A stretch of 64,000 nt of DNA from an uncultured Candidatus Poseidoniales archaeon (GTDB lineage: Archaea > Thermoplasmatota > Poseidoniia > Poseidoniales > Thalassarchaeaceae): NCBI GenBank assembly GCA_902625325.1, contig CACOAW010000002.1, positions 14,971-78,970 on the forward strand. Direction: 5' to 3'. Below are positions 60,579-64,000 of the stretch, in pieces (position 1 is the first letter of the stretch; every line of letters starts with the position of its first letter). The notes beneath the pieces are model-generated. The model searched no databases. It was not told the origin of the DNA and saw only the letters and a program-made list of their open reading frames with translations. A program made the translations under genes and the position numbers.

Positions 60579-61748
60579 ATGACGGGACGTAGGCAAAGAA
60601 TCACGATGCTTCTCGGGATCCTGATGATTTCCCATTCTCTGGCCGGATGCGGAGGAATAGGTCCAGGCAGCCCAAATGCGGCTCTAACATCAGACAGAGC
60701 CACCGTAAACACGGGTGAGACGATAAATTTCGATGCACGCACCTCGACCACTCCCAATCCGACGATTATCGACGAATTCAGATGGAACTTCGGTGATGGC
60801 GAGAAGAAGACAACAAAGCAGGGCGTCATCAGTCATGCGTTCGCAAAGGCCGGGAACTTCGAAGTGACAGTTGAGGTTTTCAATGACAATGGAGACTCAG
60901 ACTCAGCCAGCATCCTAGTTTTCGTAAATGCGATACCAGAAATCATCCTCAACATTCCAGACTTCGTCAAGACCGGACAAGAGGCTAGACTCGACGCCAG
61001 TGACTCTTTCGATCCCGAGGGAGGAGGGGTGGAGATTGTGTGGGACTTCGATGCGAACACCGATTCAGATGGAGACAGCGACCCTCTAAATGACGTCGAT
61101 GCAAGCGGCCCAGTGACTAGGATTACAGTTACCGAAGCCGGGAATATCACTGGGGCCGTAACGGTCTCAGACGATAGCGGAGGGAAGAATATCACGCTTT
61201 GGACCCTCAGAGTCGTCTCTCGTACGTTCAGGATTGTTTGGGAAGAAGTATTCGTCGACTACGACTGGTCAGGCTACCTAGAGCAGGGCGAGACTCATGA
61301 GATTCAGTTCCAACCCGGGGAAGGAGCCAGGCTAATCGATGTGTCCGCAACCCTCTCCCTAACTCGAGATATCCTCCCAATCACTTGGCCTGAGGACAAT
61401 TTCACCCTAGAGGTAGACATCCCTTCCTCCGGATGGTCCTACACCGTTATCACAACTCAGGATAATATTACAGAGAACTCATCTGCAATAATCGAGAGGA
61501 CTGAAATGAATCCTTCTCCAGAATCCGATTACACAGTTTTCGCAGACTCCAAGGAAGAACTGGAGCAGTCGCTTCTCGGAGATCCCTATGGAAGATTTGG
61601 ACAGGGAAACTGGTTCTGGAGGATTACCGCACTGGAATGCGATCCCGATACTCCTGTAGATGGAGTGGATCCAGACCAAGGTAACGATTGGACTCTTCAG
61701 GCTCAATTTGTCGTATTGGTCCTGAGGGTAAGTGAAGTAAGCGTCTGA
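60579..61748 (+). CDS. PKD-domain lipoprotein
   Basis: RR plus hydrophobic signal with LAGC lipobox; WNFGDG and WDFD PKD motifs. Confidence 0.82.
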   Translation: MTGRRQRITMLLGILMISHSLAGCGGIGPGSPNAALTSDRATVNTGETINFDARTSTTPNPTIIDEFRWNFGDGEKKTTKQGVISHAFAKAGNFEVTVEVFNDNGDSDSASILVFVNAIPEIILNIPDFVKTGQEARLDASDSFDPEGGGVEIVWDFDANTDSDGDSDPLNDVDASGPVTRITVTEAGNITGAVTVSDDSGGKNITLWTLRVVSRTFRIVWEEVFVDYDWSGYLEQGETHEIQFQPGEGARLIDVSATLSLTRDILPITWPEDNFTLEVDIPSSGWSYTVITTQDNITENSSAIIERTEMNPSPESDYTVFADSKEELEQSLLGDPYGRFGQGNWFWRITALECDPDTPVDGVDPDQGNDWTLQAQFVVLVLRVSEVSV

Positions 61749-61793
61749 CGACATCGAGCGAAGACCTTTGAACCCCCAGTCACTGGGATCATC

Positions 61794-62144
61794 GTGGCAA
61801 AGTCGTTCGAGATCACGAAGGTTTCCATTCGAGAACGCCTAGTAGTAGATGCCAAGGTGGGCATGAAGGACCCCCAGGACTACGACTTCTCCCCCAGAGC
61901 GAACCTCTCAGGCACCACTCTGAGCATAGTCAACGAGTCAGGGGAGCCCTCATCTACTTTTGAGCTGGACGAGGAGCAGGTCATAACTGCCGAGAGGGAC
62001 AGGATGCTAGAACTGAGAGTCAAGTTCAACGTACAGGGCATGCATGGTGTTCTTACTCACAGAACACCACAGCCGATGACAGGCCCGAAGTCGAAGAAGC
62101 TAGCCGAGCCAAGTTGGAAGACCATCCTGCCTCTGTCAATGTGA
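61794..62144 (+). CDS. Hypothetical protein
   Basis: 116-aa ORF with promoter-like box 26 nt upstream. Confidence 0.65.
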   Translation: MAKSFEITKVSIRERLVVDAKVGMKDPQDYDFSPRANLSGTTLSIVNESGEPSSTFELDEEQVITAERDRMLELRVKFNVQGMHGVLTHRTPQPMTGPKSKKLAEPSWKTILPLSM

Positions 62145-62191
62145 CCTCGCACCGTCGGGATTAAGCCGGGTCCTACAGTCCAACACACGCT

Positions 62192-62268
62192 GGACCCATA
62201 GTGTAGCCTGGATATCACATGAGCTTGCGGAGCTTGTAACCCGTGTTCGAATCGCGGTGGGTCCGCCA
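62192..62268 (+). tRNA. tRNA-Arg(GCG)
   Basis: GGACCCA...TGGGTCC-G-CCA; anticodon arm TGAGC-TTGCGGA-GCTTG. Confidence 0.95.
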
Positions 62269-62328
62269 CCTAGTAGACGAAGAAGAAGGGCGACCGGTTC
62301 AATAGTGAGCGTACTGGGGGCGGTCCTA

Positions 62329-62405
62329 GGACCCATAGTGTAGCCTGGATATCACTCTAGCCTCCGGAGCTGGAAACCCGTGTTCGAATCGCGGTGGGTC
62401 CGCCA
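62329..62405 (+). tRNA. tRNA-Arg(CCG)
   Basis: GGACCCA...TGGGTCC-G-CCA; anticodon arm CTAGC-CTCCGGA-GCTGG. Confidence 0.95.
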
Positions 62406-62460
62406 TCTGTACACTTTCCATTTCCATAACACCCTTCAACCATGGCTTCCTGTGAGTACC

Positions 62461-62877
62461 ATGGCCTTCATCTCACAGAGACGTATCGACTTCCCGATGG
62501 TAGACCTGGCTAAGATAGTGTACTACCCTCGTTTCTGGGACCTGGCGCATAGGTTCTACGAAGAGTCCTGGGAATTCACCTGCGGCATGCATTACAACGA
62601 AATCCTCTCCGAGAAGAAAATTGCATTCCCACTAGTCCACAGCGAGGCGAAGTTCCTCCATCCTATTTCCTACGGTGATGCCGTGGAGTGTACAATCACG
62701 GTGCCCAGAATCGGGGAAACCTCCATCACATGGCACTACGAGTTCAGGAACCAGCACGGCACACTCTGCTGGACGGCCAACCAAGTCACTGTCTGCACAG
62801 ACATGAACGACGTAAAGAGTAAGATGGCTGTCCCCGATTGGATGAGAGACTGCCTAGCTAAGATCGAATCCTCATGA
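62461..62877 (+). CDS. Acyl-CoA thioesterase (4HBT/hotdog family)
   Basis: VDLAKIVYYPRF, FLHPISYGD, IGETS. Confidence 0.85.
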   Translation: MAFISQRRIDFPMVDLAKIVYYPRFWDLAHRFYEESWEFTCGMHYNEILSEKKIAFPLVHSEAKFLHPISYGDAVECTITVPRIGETSITWHYEFRNQHGTLCWTANQVTVCTDMNDVKSKMAVPDWMRDCLAKIESS

Positions 62878-63267
62878 CTACTCTCTAGGCCACTTCTTCG
62901 ATAGTGCCTTACTAAGCGACTCGTCCATCGTCGCATCCCACCAGTTAGCCCCTCTCCAGACAGCATACTTCCCCCTTATTCCTCTCATATCCGCTCCATC
63001 CAGCCTCGCTCCTTGGAGGTTGGATAGGCCAAGTCTGGCCTTAACCATCCTAGCCCCTCTAAGATCAGCGCCATCCAGTGCCGCCTTCATCAGGTTAGCG
63101 CCCTTGAGTGACGCATTCCTTAGATCAGCACCCGAAAGGTCTGCACCCTCTAGGTCGGACCTATCTAGAATCGCCCTCCTTAGGTTGGCACCGGATAAGT
63201 CAGCTCCTCGCAAGTCCTCCCCAACATGCGATGTGAATGACCAGTCTTTGCTATCGCCTTCTGTCAC
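62878..63267 (-). CDS. Pentapeptide repeat protein
   Basis: Tandem A(D/N)LxG repeats. Confidence 0.92.
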   Translation of the reverse strand: MTEGDSKDWSFTSHVGEDLRGADLSGANLRRAILDRSDLEGADLSGADLRNASLKGANLMKAALDGADLRGARMVKARLGLSNLQGARLDGADMRGIRGKYAVWRGANWWDATMDESLSKALSKKWPRE

Positions 63268-63271
63268 ATCC

Positions 63272-63823
63272 TCACCTCTTTAGAGACAACTGGTCAAGAT
63301 GGTCCCTTCCTGCTTCGGTAAGAACCACGAACGCATTCTTCCTTGGTCTTCTTCGCGGATACTCCAAGAAAGATCCAGATCCACCCTGACCACCCTCAAG
63401 CATTCTCCCTATGTACAATGATATGTTCCACTTTTTCACCGATCTCTTAGTCCACTTGCCGGTCTCTACAACTAGCCTCCTTATTTCCCTAGGAGGGGTA
63501 TTTCCCTCTTTCTCAACCGACCTCATGTATTGTATCGCAGCCAGAATAATATCAGACTTATTCTCGATTCCGCACGAGTCCAGTAGTCTGGCGAAAGAAG
63601 TCCCTCTATCCGGAAAGCCACTGGACCCGATTGCCTCAAGAGTCATCTCCATGGCCTCCTGCCTGGCGATTCTCACACGCGAGAGAGTCGACGACCATGT
63701 ATCCTGACTGGTAACCTTCAGCCATCTATCGCTTGCCTCTTTGGTGTAGTCAGCCAGATTGATGTCTTGTGAACCTAGTCTTAGAAAGAGCCCCCCTAGC
63801 CTTTTCGAGTCCTTTGCAGGCAT
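63272..63823 (-). CDS. Hypothetical protein, possible C-terminal winged helix
   Basis: 183-aa ORF ending VVLTEAGRDHL. Confidence 0.6.
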   Translation of the reverse strand: MPAKDSKRLGGLFLRLGSQDINLADYTKEASDRWLKVTSQDTWSSTLSRVRIARQEAMEMTLEAIGSSGFPDRGTSFARLLDSCGIENKSDIILAAIQYMRSVEKEGNTPPREIRRLVVETGKWTKRSVKKWNISLYIGRMLEGGQGGSGSFLEYPRRRPRKNAFVVLTEAGRDHLDQLSLKR

Positions 63824-64000
63824 GGTTAGCCCTGTACGATGTCACTTATCAGGTTATTTTTTCTATTATTTCTTTAACATCTCAGGGACTGGTAAGTAGC
63901 CGTGAAATTCAAAGAGCATCAGCATAACGAAACCCTGTGAGCGGGGAATCTGGCGACGGTTATCCACTGGTTTTGCACTCAGAGGCCGACCCCTCCAAAT

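Noticed and set aside
596-63707. Numerous antisense and alternate-frame ORFs (e.g. 3370-4062, 56696-57517)
   Set aside because: Shadows of well-supported genes with Ser/Pro-rich composition and no motifs

Overview
Gene-dense archaeal chromosomal window, most consistent with Marine Group II (Poseidoniales, Thermoplasmatota). The archaeal assignment rests on TFB, Topo VI A/B, Rpo10, Rpo12, L18e-L13-S9, Dph5 and a PAC2 chaperone, mixed with bacterial-type UvrA, NAD+ ligase, RlmH and a PlsC-type acyltransferase; the MGII assignment is inference. About 51 CDS and 5 intron-less tRNAs with encoded CCA. No CRISPR array, integrase or transposase was seen. Highlights: (1) a ~1750-aa surface protein with integrin-alpha-like architecture (seven propeller-type repeats with a MIDAS vWA domain inserted, Ig-like stalk, TM helix, short tail); (2) a ~2640-aa Asp-rich thrombospondin-type-3-like Ca-binding membrane protein; (3) a stand-alone OleC-like beta-lactone synthetase homologue next to tRNA-Asp; (4) a degenerate TT(C/G)A(A/T) promoter box 26-33 nt upstream of many apparently leaderless genes; (5) a bacterial NAD+ ligase carrying an archaeal PIP box; (6) several divergent core proteins (SdhA-like without catalytic residues, double Zn-ribbon Rpo12, atypical RFC, domain-swapped aconitase-family enzyme). 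All family calls come from motif recognition by eye; no searches were run.
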